This document shows positions 19,701-28,464 of a stretch of 64,000 nt of DNA, in pieces. Numbering within the stretch: position 1 is the first letter of the stretch; each line of letters starts with the position of its first letter. The stretch spans positions 1,824,001 through 1,888,000 of the forward strand of contig OZ251992.1 of NCBI GenBank assembly GCA_965246885.1. The letters are read 5' to 3'. The notes below the pieces were generated by a model that did no database searches, had not been told where the DNA came from, and worked only from the letters and a program-made list of their open reading frames with translations. The position numbers and the translations under genes are program-made. Source of the DNA: Abditibacterium sp. (GTDB taxonomy: Bacteria > Armatimonadota > Abditibacteriia > Abditibacteriales > Abditibacteriaceae).

Positions 19701-22652
19701 GCGCCCGTTTTGCTCGCGCAGAACGCGACCGTTTCTACGCCCGCTTCGCCCGCCGCTCCTGCCGCTGCGGGCAATCTGGGTAGCGCGGCGGCGAGCGGCG
19801 AAACCGCGACGGGTTCCGCGTCCGCGCCCTCGGAAACAGCGCCCGCCGCCACGACCGCAACCACTCCTGACGATTCGACGACTCCTTCCTCGTCGCCCGT
19901 CACGTCGTTGCCAGCGACGCCCTCGCGTCCGCTTCCGGCGACCGACTCGCCCTTGCGCGCCGCTTCCGAGGATGAACTTGCGGCTCTGCGCGGGCTGGGC
20001 GAGTCGCGCTTGCGCCAAAGCCAATACCCGTCGGCGCTTGAGTTCTTCAACCGCGCTTTAGCCCTCAACGCCAACGACGCCGTTGCCCGCACCGGCGCCG
20101 CCCGCGCCCTGCGCGGTCAGAATCAGTTCGCCGCTGCGCTTCAACAAGTGCAGCAAGCCCTCACGGTGGATGCCAACTCCATCCCCGCGCGCGTTTTGCA
20201 AGCGCAACTGCTCGCCGACACCGGCCAAACCGACGCCGCCAACGCGCAACTGCAGGAACTCATCACTCTCATCGCCAACCAGCCCGCAGGGTCGGTCACG
20301 CAGGTTGAGTCCTACACGCAAATCGCGCTCGCGCTCAACTCCCTCAACCAATTCCCAACTTCGCTGCAATTGCTCGACCGCGCCGTCAAGCAGTATCCGT
20401 CCGAGCCGTCGCTCGAACGCTTGCGCGCCGAAACCCTCGGCTTTACCGGCCAAACCGACGAAGCCGCGATCGCCTTCGATAAGCTCATCGCCACTGACCC
20501 GCGCGATGTGGACGCGGTGATTGGCAAGGCGCGCGTCTACAACTACGCCAACCGCTTGCCCGAAGCCGAAGCGACCTACCGCCAAGCCTTGCAGGTGGCG
20601 AGCGGCAACACGACGGCCCAAGGCGAACTCGCCGAAGTGCTCGGACGGCGCGGCAACTATACCGAAGCCATCTCGCTCTACCAAAGCGCCATCACCGCCG
20701 ACCCCTCCAAGCTGTCGCTGCGCGTCAACCTCGCGCGCTTGCAACGCAGCAACAACCAGCCCGCCGACGCCGAAGCGACCCTCAACCAAGTTCTCGACGC
20801 CGACGCCAACAACGTGGACGCCCTCGTCGAGCGCGGCCTGATTCGCGGCGCGAGCGGCAACACCGCGCCCGCCTTGGCCGACATCAATCGCGCCCTCGCC
20901 ATCGCCCCCAACTCGCCCACAGCCCAGCTTGGCTTGGCCGAAGTGCAGCAATACGCGGGCGATTTCCCGGCTTCCATCGCCTCCTACCAAACGTTCCTCA
21001 AGAGTAGCCCCAACGACGCCCGCGCCCGCACCGAACTGGCGCAGGTGCTCTCCTACGCGGGCCGCAACACCGAAGCACTAACGGAACTCGACACGGTGCT
21101 GGCCAAGACGCCCAACGACGACCGCGCCTTGCTCGCGCGCGCTGACGTCTTGTCGCGTTCCAACCGCGCGCCCGAAGCTATCAGCATTTACAACGCGCTT
21201 CTCACCCGCGACCCGAAGAACGTGCAAGCGCAAGTCGGCTTGGGCGATGCCTTGCTGTATGCGCGCCGCTACCCCGACGCCATCCGTACCTACGACGCGA
21301 TTTTGGCCAGCGAGCCGAACAATACTGCCGTGCGCATCTCGCGCGCCCGCGCCCTGTCGTATTCGGGCCGCTCGCGCGAAGCGGTCAGCGCGCTCCGTGC
21401 CCTCGTTGCGTCCGACGCTTCCAATGTTCCCGCGCGCTTGGCTTTGGCCGAAGCGGGCGCCAACTCCGGTAACGCCACGCTTCAGCGCGATGCCATCGGC
21501 GAATACCGCTCCATCCTCAAGACCAATCCCGACAACCTCAACGCCCAATTGGGCTTGGCGCGCGTCTTGTCCTATCGCGGACAAAACGCCGAAGCGGAGC
21601 GCATCTTGAAGACCGTTCTGCGCGCCAACCCCGGCAACTCCGAAGCACTCGTTGCCCTTGGTGACGCGCAACGATTTGCGGGCGCCCCTTTCGCCGCCAA
21701 AGCGAGCTACAAGGGCGCAGAGCGTGTAGGCAACGCGAGCGCCGCGACGCTGACCAGTGCCCGCAACGGATTGCGCGCCGTCAACCGCGCCACCACGCCT
21801 TCCATCGGTGTTTTTGGCTCCTACTACCACGACACCAACGGCGTGCGTTTGCGTTCGGTCGGTGAAAACGCCATTCTGCGCACGTCCGCGCTCACCATCG
21901 GCGTCCTCGCCGATCAGGGCCGCTTCCGCCAAGGCAACCGCGCTTCTCGCAACCGCAGCGATTACGGCTTGCTCCTCGCGCGTGGCTTTGGGCCATTCGC
22001 CGCGCAACTCATCGTGTCGCGCCTCAAATACACCGGCGTCAAGGAGAAGACCCTCTTCGACCTCAGCCTCAACCGCGACTTCTCGCCGCGTCGCCGCGTC
22101 AACTTCGACATCGCGCGCCGCGACGTGTTCGAGACTGACCTCGCCGTCGGGCGCGGCATCACGGCGGACATTTACAATGTGTCCGCTTCGACGCCGCTCG
22201 GCAGTCGCTTCGACCTCGACGGCACAGCGACCTATTACAACTACTCGGACAACAACTCGCGCTACACCTTGTCGCCCGCGCTGATGTTCCGCTTCGCCCC
22301 GACCAACCCGACGCTTCGTGTCGGCGTGGGCTACACCTACGACAACACGCGCCAGCGCCGCGACTCGCCGTTCGTGTACTACACGCCGCAAAACTTCAAC
22401 GCCGCCGCGATCTTGGCCGACTACATCGTGACCCAAGGCGCCACCCGCTACGGCTTGTCGGGCGCCGTCCCGCTCACCAAGTCCACCGGCAACAACAACA
22501 TTGACCGGCCCGCCGACACCTTGTTCGGCTTCTTGGAGCGCGACCTCGGCGATAACCTCGACTTCAACGTCCGGGGCGGCATCGTCCGCGTGCCCCGGCG
22601 CGGGGGGTATCGCTCCGACCAAGTGTCGGCAGGCGTCAACCTCCACTTCTAA
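16719..22652 (+). CDS. Giant TPR-repeat protein with C-terminal outer-membrane beta-barrel (BcsC/PgaA/PelB-like export protein)
   Basis: Signal-like N-terminus, dozens of TPR-like repeats, Ala/Pro/Thr linkers, ~270-aa amphipathic beta region with YYTPQ and terminal Phe. Confidence 0.85.
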   Translation: MNQSFIAPAFLLASTSNRARCLRRGLLLSGATGAFLATGVPSVLAASLAPKAPATASTASSDATLSLLKSARTQEAAGSLALAAVQLRAAMVQSPHDPAVARELARFYTRQNRLEEASIEWQRVLILRSHDAEATRELARLRTLTVTSTPEGATGVADVAPLPPVAGPAPAVRAQSAQHAKGAPLPPVAPSDATEVASGATLLAQTPPDDAPMALPSSSASASATPATDATDDLTDAPAPAPAPRAPVAAATDVAPLPFSLPARQGVYASKKARAAAYPFVNRAAQLLQAGRTQDALAQYRRGAELDPANPYALPGVATAQLILGRFDDSAATQRRFLAVAPASAVDKSLRDLANALTYGRRYREALGVNAFILSRQPNSFDAAFQNGQIYTYLRSYNSADAAFQRALLIDDSRADMLAAYGESLSYRRDPRAVGVFQRGLQKQPGNPRLTLGLANYYSYAGQFGQAIPLLRSVLAKDSKNVPALIALGDALSYSGQSDGAASAVTYYRRAHNLQPGSRAATVGLGRALVYSKNYAEGARLLNAAVAADPSDTSALEALALAQGLMKPPSPNAGNSYRKLLALQSDPAARARTLASIGDLQLSRTDGIGAATNSYAQAAQLAPRDPKIALTYAQLLSYSPSSATNGAATASAARRALALAPNNPQALAILLRASLETGDHATANQIAAQLQNTTPGNAEDSLALAQALRDASLPTDPNNAATGNPALAEASRKLLFRAVSQVNKPETALRLADATRDAGDYPTATALYQRLLQTRPNDKAARLGLVKTLFYSNNTTEAQSQASALLAASPGDADVQILAAQILMRVGTPESRDQAARLANAVLTQNPRSADARTILSEALVTRQRFAEALQQSQAAVAADPNNLRALLSLAQNLNYTRDIEGSIARYRQLIQLAAADTTPRLELGQILLDRGRYAEAEALYNEVLILRRGVALLPTVRRALASNSLRRLSPDAVSMRALALVTPRVHKHRVVVNAPVLLAQNATVSTPASPAAPAAAGNLGSAAASGETATGSASAPSETAPAATTATTPDDSTTPSSSPVTSLPATPSRPLPATDSPLRAASEDELAALRGLGESRLRQSQYPSALEFFNRALALNANDAVARTGAARALRGQNQFAAALQQVQQALTVDANSIPARVLQAQLLADTGQTDAANAQLQELITLIANQPAGSVTQVESYTQIALALNSLNQFPTSLQLLDRAVKQYPSEPSLERLRAETLGFTGQTDEAAIAFDKLIATDPRDVDAVIGKARVYNYANRLPEAEATYRQALQVASGNTTAQGELAEVLGRRGNYTEAISLYQSAITADPSKLSLRVNLARLQRSNNQPADAEATLNQVLDADANNVDALVERGLIRGASGNTAPALADINRALAIAPNSPTAQLGLAEVQQYAGDFPASIASYQTFLKSSPNDARARTELAQVLSYAGRNTEALTELDTVLAKTPNDDRALLARADVLSRSNRAPEAISIYNALLTRDPKNVQAQVGLGDALLYARRYPDAIRTYDAILASEPNNTAVRISRARALSYSGRSREAVSALRALVASDASNVPARLALAEAGANSGNATLQRDAIGEYRSILKTNPDNLNAQLGLARVLSYRGQNAEAERILKTVLRANPGNSEALVALGDAQRFAGAPFAAKASYKGAERVGNASAATLTSARNGLRAVNRATTPSIGVFGSYYHDTNGVRLRSVGENAILRTSALTIGVLADQGRFRQGNRASRNRSDYGLLLARGFGPFAAQLIVSRLKYTGVKEKTLFDLSLNRDFSPRRRVNFDIARRDVFETDLAVGRGITADIYNVSASTPLGSRFDLDGTATYYNYSDNNSRYTLSPALMFRFAPTNPTLRVGVGYTYDNTRQRRDSPFVYYTPQNFNAAAILADYIVTQGATRYGLSGAVPLTKSTGNNNIDRPADTLFGFLERDLGDNLDFNVRGGIVRVPRRGGYRSDQVSAGVNLHF

Positions 22653-22675
22653 AACGGGAGAGGGGATATAGGGAA

Positions 22676-22747
22676 ATGGACTGGAAGGAGGCGGCAGCCC
22701 CGTCTACTGCTTTGTAGCAGGCGGGGCTACCGCCTCCTTCCAATCCA
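22676..22747. terminator. Long GC-rich hairpin after the TPR gene
   Basis: TGGAAGGAGGCGGCAGCCCCG...CGGGGCTACCGCCTCCTTCCA, T-rich downstream. Confidence 0.6.
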
Positions 22748-22765
22748 CTTTTTCTAAATGCGCGC

Positions 22766-22795
22766 TTGACCGAAGTGCCCACTTCGCGTTATCCT
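22766..22795 (+). promoter_or_regulatory. Promoter of tRNA-Cys
   Basis: TTGACC-18 bp-TATCCT. Confidence 0.55.
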
Positions 22796-22818
22796 TTGCT
22801 TTCGCTCTTTAAGGAGTT

Positions 22819-22889
22819 GGCTCTGTGGCCGAGGGGTTAGGCACCGGTCTGCAAAACCGTCTACACCAGTTCGACTCTGGTCGGAGCCT
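22819..22889 (+). tRNA. tRNA-Cys (GCA)
   Basis: GGCTCTG/CGGAGCC acceptor, CTGCAAA anticodon loop, GTTCGACTC T-loop. Confidence 0.95.
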
Positions 22890-22911
22890 TTGCTATAATC
22901 TGTAGCGACTT

Positions 22912-22983
22912 TGGGGAATGGCCAAATGGTAAGGCACCTGTCTCTGGATCAGGCGATTCAAGGTTCGAGTCCTTGTTCCCCAG
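22912..22983 (+). tRNA. tRNA-Gln (CTG)
   Basis: TGGGGAA/TTCCCCA acceptor, CTCTGGA anticodon loop, GGTTCGAGTCC. Confidence 0.95.
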
Positions 22984-22987
22984 CGAG

Positions 22988-23029
22988 AAAAGCCCGTAAA
23001 CTTCATCGAAGTTTACGGGCTTTTGTTTT
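22988..23029 (+). terminator. Rho-independent terminator after the tRNAs
   Basis: AAAGCCCGTAAACTTC-ATC-GAAGTTTACGGGCTTTTGTTTT. Confidence 0.85.
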
Positions 23030-23123
23030 GGCTTGAATAGCCTGCTTCCAGCGCGCTTCGCCGCGCGCCTTTCGGAGCACTCAGGTGCTTTGCGCGCCCA
23101 TCCGAACGAGGTAAGATAACGTT

Positions 23124-24239
23124 ATGCCCAACGCCCTGAACGGCTCACTTCTGCTGTTGGCCGCGACGCTGGCGTGCCCCCTCGCGGGCCGTGCGTGCAT
23201 CACCGTCGAATACGCGCATGCGATCGGTGAACCCATTCGCGTTACCGACGAATCGGCGCTCATCGTGTGGAACGCGAAGACGGGGCAGGAACAGTTCGTG
23301 CGCCGCGCCGACTTCCAAACCCACGCCAAGGGCTTCGGCTTTCTGGTGCCCACGCCCACGAAGCCGACGCTCAGCGCTGCCAAGGACGGGCTGTTTAACA
23401 ATTTGGAGTTCGAGCTTTTGCCGAAGAAGAAAACCGAAGTGCAGTGGAGAGTGGGCTTCACGCCGTTGCTGCTCTTGATATTGGCATGGGCGGGAGAGGG
23501 CCGCGAGACTGCGGGGAGCGAATCCGTTTCCAACTCCCCAGCATCAGGCGGGCTTGAGCGAGCCGTCGAGGTTGTCGAGCAGAAGCGGGTGGGGGATTAC
23601 AACGCGAGCGTGTTGCGGGCGAGCGATACCGCGACGTTGGCGGCGTGGCTCCGCGACCACAAATACGCGGTCACGCCCGACACGCGCGACTGGTTGGCGC
23701 CGTATGTGCGGCACGACTTCTACATCACCGCCTTCCAGATCGTCGCAGACGCCCGCAACGAGAGCGCCCAAGCGGGCGCGGTCAACCTCTCTTTCCAAAC
23801 GCCCGCGCCGTTTTACCCCTACCGCGAAACCAAAGCCGCGCAGAAGATGGCGGGTGGGCGCAGTTTGCGGGTGTTTTACGTGGGCGCCGAGCGCGTCGAA
23901 GGGCGCATTGAGAATGGAGCGAAATCGGGGGAGTGGAAAAGCGCGGTGGATTATTCGGCGCCCTTTGATGCCCAGAGGCTACAAGCGCAGGGGTTGGCCG
24001 CTCCTGATGGGCAGTTGCGCTTGACGGCGTTTCACGATTATACCTCGCCGCGTCCCGGTTGGGGCGACTTGCACTTCGCGCCATCGGGCGACCAGACGGA
24101 AATCACGCCGCCGCCGATAATTACCTACGAAGACAAGAGGATTCCCTTGCCGCTTGATGCCCTCGCGCTTTTGGGAGCAGTGGCGGTGTGGCGATGGCGT
24201 AGGCGTGCCGCGCGAAGACAGACGGCGGCGACGCGATGA
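23124..24239 (+). CDS. DUF2330-like exported protein
   Basis: ESALIVWN...EQFVRRADF, FGFLVPTP, VGDYNASVL...LAAWL, FYPYRE; C-terminal TM followed by an Arg-rich tail. Confidence 0.75.
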   Translation: MPNALNGSLLLLAATLACPLAGRACITVEYAHAIGEPIRVTDESALIVWNAKTGQEQFVRRADFQTHAKGFGFLVPTPTKPTLSAAKDGLFNNLEFELLPKKKTEVQWRVGFTPLLLLILAWAGEGRETAGSESVSNSPASGGLERAVEVVEQKRVGDYNASVLRASDTATLAAWLRDHKYAVTPDTRDWLAPYVRHDFYITAFQIVADARNESAQAGAVNLSFQTPAPFYPYRETKAAQKMAGGRSLRVFYVGAERVEGRIENGAKSGEWKSAVDYSAPFDAQRLQAQGLAAPDGQLRLTAFHDYTSPRPGWGDLHFAPSGDQTEITPPPIITYEDKRIPLPLDALALLGAVAVWRWRRRAARRQTAATR

Positions 24240-24241
24240 GG

Positions 24242-24340
24242 GATGTCTGTCACTGCTCGGCGGACGTCTGTCATTCATCCCCAGACGTCTGTCACTGAGT
24301 CCCAGAGGCCCGTCTTCGCTCGACAGACGTCTGTCCGCAA
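24242..24340. repeat. 21-bp periodic array (GACGTCTGTCA family)
   Basis: Units start at 24242, 24263, 24284, 24305 and 24326. Confidence 0.85.
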
Positions 24341-24452
24341 CCCGTTTGTGTAGGGTTATGGGCTTACGTGGGGGGCGGCGAATGGCGCGAAGGCGGCGCG
24401 TCGGTTACATTGTTTTCTGGCGTTTCTTTAGGGGAGCGTTCCAGTCGTCCTT

Positions 24453-26006
24453 ATGCTGAAAGTTCAACGCGCCACTTCGACGGCGCTGATGGTTGCGCTC
24501 GATGCCGCCGCCTTGTTGCTGGCGTTCTTCTTGGTATGGCAACTGCGCGCCGGAGTGGGGGAGTTCGTCGTGTCGGCTGCCAAGGTTTTGGGCTACAGCA
24601 CGCACGGTTGGGTGCGGCAGGGCGCGCACCACGCGGGGCATGTGGTGCACAAGTCGCACGATTGGCGGCAAATCGCCATGTCGCGCAACGCGATGGTGAA
24701 CCTATCGAACCACCTGTGGGTGCTGTATTTCACCCTCTTCTCGTGGGGGGCGCTCTTGCAGTTGCAGCATGGCTACGACCTCAACGCGCGGCGCAGCGCG
24801 CGCCAAGAGTTCGCGCTGTGCGCGTACACGGGCATCTTGGGCACCGTCGCGCTTCTCGCGTTCATGGCAACGCTGCGCTGGGACACCTCGCGTTTATTTC
24901 TCGGCGGCATCCTGATATTCGGCGTCTTGTTGCTGTGGCTGGCGCGCGTGTTAGTGGCGCCGCTCGCGCAAAAAGCGGCCAAACCGCGCCGCAACGTGCT
25001 ACTCATTGGCCCCGCGCCTGCCGCCGCGCGCTATGCCGGGATGATAGCCACGCCCGCGTATCAGTGGAGCCGCCTCATCGGGTTTATATCCGAGTCACCA
25101 GAGGGCGCGGACGAATTAGGAGTGCGTCACTTGGGCCAACTGTCGGACTTGCCGCGCGTGTTGGACGGCGAGGTCGTGGATGAAGTGGTGCTGGTCAGAA
25201 GTGCCGAAACCGAGCGCGGCCCGAACTGGGGGCACATCTTGGAACTGTGTTTGGAACGGGGGCGCACCGTTTCATTAGTGGAAGACATCGCACCGCCAAC
25301 GGGCGCCAAAGTCGAGGCGACCATGCTCGGCCAGATGCCGGTGTTGACGCTGCATAACACGCCGCAAAAACCGCTCGCCTTGGCCGTGAAGAACGCGATG
25401 GATCGGGTGCTGGCCGCGCTTGCGCTTCTCGTCCTCGCGCCGCTTTTCGCTGTCGTCGCGGTGCTGATTAAGAAGCACGATGGCGGCCCAGTCTTCTATG
25501 CGCAGGAGCGCGTCGGCCTCAATGGGCGCCGTTTCAAGTTCTGGAAGTTCCGCTCGATGAACGTGAACGCGGCGGAGATTTTGGAAACGATGAAGCGCGA
25601 GAATCGCGCGTATTACGACGAAATCAACGTGATGGAAGATCCGTTCTTCAAGGCGCCCGACGACAAAGACCCGCGCATTACGCCGGTCGGTCGGCTCATC
25701 CGCCGCACTTCGATAGACGAACTGCCGCAGTTTTGGAACGTCTTGCGCGGCGAGATGAGCTTGGTCGGCCCCCGTCCGCCGCTCCCCAAAGAAGTCGCCG
25801 AATTGGAGCCTTGGCACCGCCGCAAGCTGTCGGTCAAGGGTGGCCTCACCTGCATCTGGCAGGCAAGCGGCCGCAACGACATCACCGACGTGGACGAATG
25901 GATGCGAATGGACTTGGAATACATCGACAACTGGAGCCTCTGGCTGGACGTCAAGCTGCTGTTTCTAACGATGAAATCGGTAGTCAAGGGAAGCGGGGCA
26001 TCGTAG
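24453..26006 (+). CDS. Priming polyprenyl-phosphate glycosylphosphotransferase (WcaJ/CpsE-like)
   Basis: N-terminal TMs, KFRSM, DPRITPVGRLIRRTSIDELPQFWNVLRGEMSLVGPRP. Confidence 0.93.
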   Translation: MLKVQRATSTALMVALDAAALLLAFFLVWQLRAGVGEFVVSAAKVLGYSTHGWVRQGAHHAGHVVHKSHDWRQIAMSRNAMVNLSNHLWVLYFTLFSWGALLQLQHGYDLNARRSARQEFALCAYTGILGTVALLAFMATLRWDTSRLFLGGILIFGVLLLWLARVLVAPLAQKAAKPRRNVLLIGPAPAAARYAGMIATPAYQWSRLIGFISESPEGADELGVRHLGQLSDLPRVLDGEVVDEVVLVRSAETERGPNWGHILELCLERGRTVSLVEDIAPPTGAKVEATMLGQMPVLTLHNTPQKPLALAVKNAMDRVLAALALLVLAPLFAVVAVLIKKHDGGPVFYAQERVGLNGRRFKFWKFRSMNVNAAEILETMKRENRAYYDEINVMEDPFFKAPDDKDPRITPVGRLIRRTSIDELPQFWNVLRGEMSLVGPRPPLPKEVAELEPWHRRKLSVKGGLTCIWQASGRNDITDVDEWMRMDLEYIDNWSLWLDVKLLFLTMKSVVKGSGAS

Positions 26007-26041
26007 GGAGTGGTGGCGGCGGAGCAGACGGCGGTGAAACC

Positions 26042-26419
26042 ATGAAAGAAGACATTCCCGACTACACACAATACTCTCTTGCAGATTTGAGAGATGTGCA
26101 AGCAAGAATAAACAGAGAGAAATACCCGGACACATACGCTGCACTTCAAAACGAGATGAAGAAGCGAGGGTCAGAACAACCTGTCGAGGAATCTTTTCTC
26201 TGGGAGTCACCTTTTCTTGCGCTTCCATCAGCCGCCCTTGGAGTGTATTGCGGTTATTGGGGGCTGGATATAATGCGCGGGCACATTTGGCCCGCGCCGG
26301 GAGCAAGAAATGACTTGGCCCCTTGGCTTGGTGTACTTGTTGGCGGAGGTTGGCTATTCGTAGCCTTGCTTTGCCTAATTCCGTCAGCCATTTTTCTTCG
26401 TATCAGGAGGAAGAGCTAA
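26042..26419 (+). CDS. Hypothetical membrane protein (low GC)
   Basis: ATG 26042; PDYTQYSLADLRDV...INREKYPD N-terminus, two TM segments; AT-richer than flanks. Confidence 0.7.
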   Translation: MKEDIPDYTQYSLADLRDVQARINREKYPDTYAALQNEMKKRGSEQPVEESFLWESPFLALPSAALGVYCGYWGLDIMRGHIWPAPGARNDLAPWLGVLVGGGWLFVALLCLIPSAIFLRIRRKS

Positions 26420-26420
26420 A

Positions 26421-26621
26421 GTGGAGGAGCGTCTCGTGACCTACACGCTGGAAATGGATGGCCAGTTTTACTTGGTCGAGAACGTGCCCGCGCGCGTGGA
26501 TGTCGAGTCGGGCGAGCAGTTCTTCGCGCCGGAGACAGTCGAGCAGTTGCAGACCATCGTTTGGGGAAAGCAGACGCCGAAACGGATGTTGGCGACGCCG
26601 GTGTATGAGTTCGCGGTGTAG
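26421..26621 (+). CDS. YgiT/MqsA-type zinc-finger-like small protein (no Cys)
   Basis: VTYTLE..G.FYLVENVPARV...GEQFF.PETVE..Q; SD AGGAGG. Confidence 0.75.
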   Translation: MEERLVTYTLEMDGQFYLVENVPARVDVESGEQFFAPETVEQLQTIVWGKQTPKRMLATPVYEFAV

Positions 26622-26670
26622 CGAAGGTGCCCCGCGAAACGCCGGGGAGCCGCGCCCCATGCCGCGCGTC

Positions 26671-26699
26671 TTGACAGGGCGCGAGAAAGACAGGAGAAT
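26671..26699 (+). promoter_or_regulatory. Promoter of the nusA operon
   Basis: TTGACA-17 bp-GAGAAT. Confidence 0.6.
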
Positions 26700-26741
26700 G
26701 AGAAGCGCCACTCCATGTGGAGGGCCATTGCCGAGGAAATG

Positions 26742-26773
26742 AAGTGGGCGCTTTGCGGCCCGCTTTTTGTTTT
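26742..26773 (+). promoter_or_regulatory. rimP-leader-like attenuator hairpin upstream of nusA
   Basis: AAGTGGGC-GCTTTGCG-GCCCGCTT followed by TTTGTTTT in the 5' leader. Confidence 0.6.
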
Positions 26774-26825
26774 GCCTCGAAACAGTGGCGTTTTTGGATG
26801 CGAGAGGCGCGCAGTACAAAAGAAT

Positions 26826-28148
26826 ATGGCAATCACTAAAAAGGTCATGAAGACCGAGCAAGAGACCCGTTCGGAGATGCTGGACGCGCTCCGCATGGTC
26901 TCCGAAGAAAAGAATATCCCCGTCGAAACCCTCGTCGAGAGCATCGAAGGCGCGCTCGTTTCGGCGTATAAGCGCGCGTTTGGCGGCGTCGGGCAAGTGC
27001 GCATCGAGGCCGATTTCGGGCGCTCCGATTTCCGCGTCTTCGCCACCAAGCTCGTGGTGCAAAGCGTGGTTAACGCGAACACCGAAGTCGCGTGGCGCGA
27101 AGCGCGCGAGCAAGACCCGCAGGTTAACCTCGGCGATTACATGGAGCGCGAAGTGACGCCCGCCGGGTTCGGTCGCGTCGCGGCCTTAACCGCCAAGCAG
27201 GTTTTGATGCAGCGCCTGCGCGAAGTGGAGCGCGTGCAAGTCGCGTCGGAATACGCCGACAAGCAGGGCGAACTGTTCCGGGGCACCGTGTCGCGCTTGG
27301 AGCGCGGCGATGTCTTCATGCAAGTCGGCAAAGCGGAAGCGCTTCTGCCGCGTAAGGAGCAAGCGGTCGGCGAATCGTATCGCACCGGCGAAAGCTACTT
27401 TATCTTCGTGGTGGACGTGCGCCACGATTCCGGCCCGCACGGGCCAGCCTTAGTTGTCTCGCGCACCCATCCGGGCCTCTTGCGCAACCTGTTCACGCGC
27501 GAAGTGCCCGAAATCGCGGAGGGCATCGTTGAACTCAAGGCCATTGCGCGCGAAGCGGGGCAACGCTCCAAGATCGCGGTGTGGGCGCAAAACCCCGACG
27601 TTGACCCGGTCGGCTCGTGCGTGGGGCCGCGCGGCAACCGCGTCGCCAAGGTCGTCGGCGAACTGGGTCTCGAAAAGGTGGATATCATTCGCTGGAACAC
27701 CGACCCCGCCGCTTTTATCACCAACGCCCTTTCGCCCGCCCGCGTGCTTTCCGTCCAACTGAAGGACGACAAGACCGGCATCGGGCCGGGAACCGCGACG
27801 GTCATTGTCGCCGAAGATCAGCAGTCCCTCGCCATTGGCAAGCAGGGGCAAAACGTGCGCTTGGCCGCCAAACTGACGGGCTGGCGCATTGACGTGCGCA
27901 CGGAAAAGCAGTTCGCCGAAGAACAAGCCAAGAAGATGTTCACCCCCGGCGGCGCGCTCGCTCCGGCTGCGGGCGTCACGGTGTCGTCGCCGCTCGACGC
28001 GCTTTTCTCGGTCGAGGAGACGGCGACGCCAGTTCCAACCGGCGCGGGCGCGAACTCCGACTTCGACCTGATGGGCGACGACGCGACGCAGGCCCTCTTT
28101 GAGGTGCCCGTTTCCGATGAGGCTGCGGGCGAGGAGACGCGCGCTTGA
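26826..28148 (+). CDS. nusA: Transcription termination factor NusA
   Basis: FGRVAALTAKQV, VSRTHP, EVPEI, AREAGQRSKIAV, SLAIGKQGQNVRLAAKLTGWRID. Confidence 0.97.
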   Translation: MAITKKVMKTEQETRSEMLDALRMVSEEKNIPVETLVESIEGALVSAYKRAFGGVGQVRIEADFGRSDFRVFATKLVVQSVVNANTEVAWREAREQDPQVNLGDYMEREVTPAGFGRVAALTAKQVLMQRLREVERVQVASEYADKQGELFRGTVSRLERGDVFMQVGKAEALLPRKEQAVGESYRTGESYFIFVVDVRHDSGPHGPALVVSRTHPGLLRNLFTREVPEIAEGIVELKAIAREAGQRSKIAVWAQNPDVDPVGSCVGPRGNRVAKVVGELGLEKVDIIRWNTDPAAFITNALSPARVLSVQLKDDKTGIGPGTATVIVAEDQQSLAIGKQGQNVRLAAKLTGWRIDVRTEKQFAEEQAKKMFTPGGALAPAAGVTVSSPLDALFSVEETATPVPTGAGANSDFDLMGDDATQALFEVPVSDEAAGEETRA

Positions 28149-28149
28149 C

Positions 28150-28404
28150 ATGAGCGCGGCGGTTCGCACTTGCATTGCGTGCGGCAAGAAAGGCGCGCGC
28201 GACGAGTTCTGGCGCTTCAAAGCGAAAAGCGGCGAAGCGCCTGCGCTCGACGAAAAGAACCAATCAGGGCGCGGCGCGAGCGTGTGCCAAAGCGCGGTGT
28301 GTTTGGAGAAAGCCATCGCCCGCCGCGCTTTCGAGCGCGCCCTGAAACTCAAGGAGCCGCTTTCGAGCGGCTTCAAACAACAACTACGACAAAAAACCGG
28401 ATAG
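28150..28404 (+). CDS. ylxR: YlxR/RnpM (DUF448) protein
   Basis: RTCIACG, GRGASVC...CLEKA..RRAFERAL; lies between nusA and infB. Confidence 0.9.
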   Translation: MSAAVRTCIACGKKGARDEFWRFKAKSGEAPALDEKNQSGRGASVCQSAVCLEKAIARRAFERALKLKEPLSSGFKQQLRQKTG

Positions 28405-28464
28405 AGCGGACGCCGAAGGGAATCACTTTGGGAGCCAGCTTGTCCGTCCAAAGGTGATTCATTA

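Noticed and set aside
21078..22646. Long antisense ORFs (also 28489-30234, 32658-34034, 37048-38703 and others)
   Set aside because: These are shadow ORFs expected in high-GC coding DNA and overlap well-supported genes.
22819..23029. tRNA-anchored genomic island or prophage
   Set aside because: No integrase and no duplicated tRNA 3' end were seen in the window.
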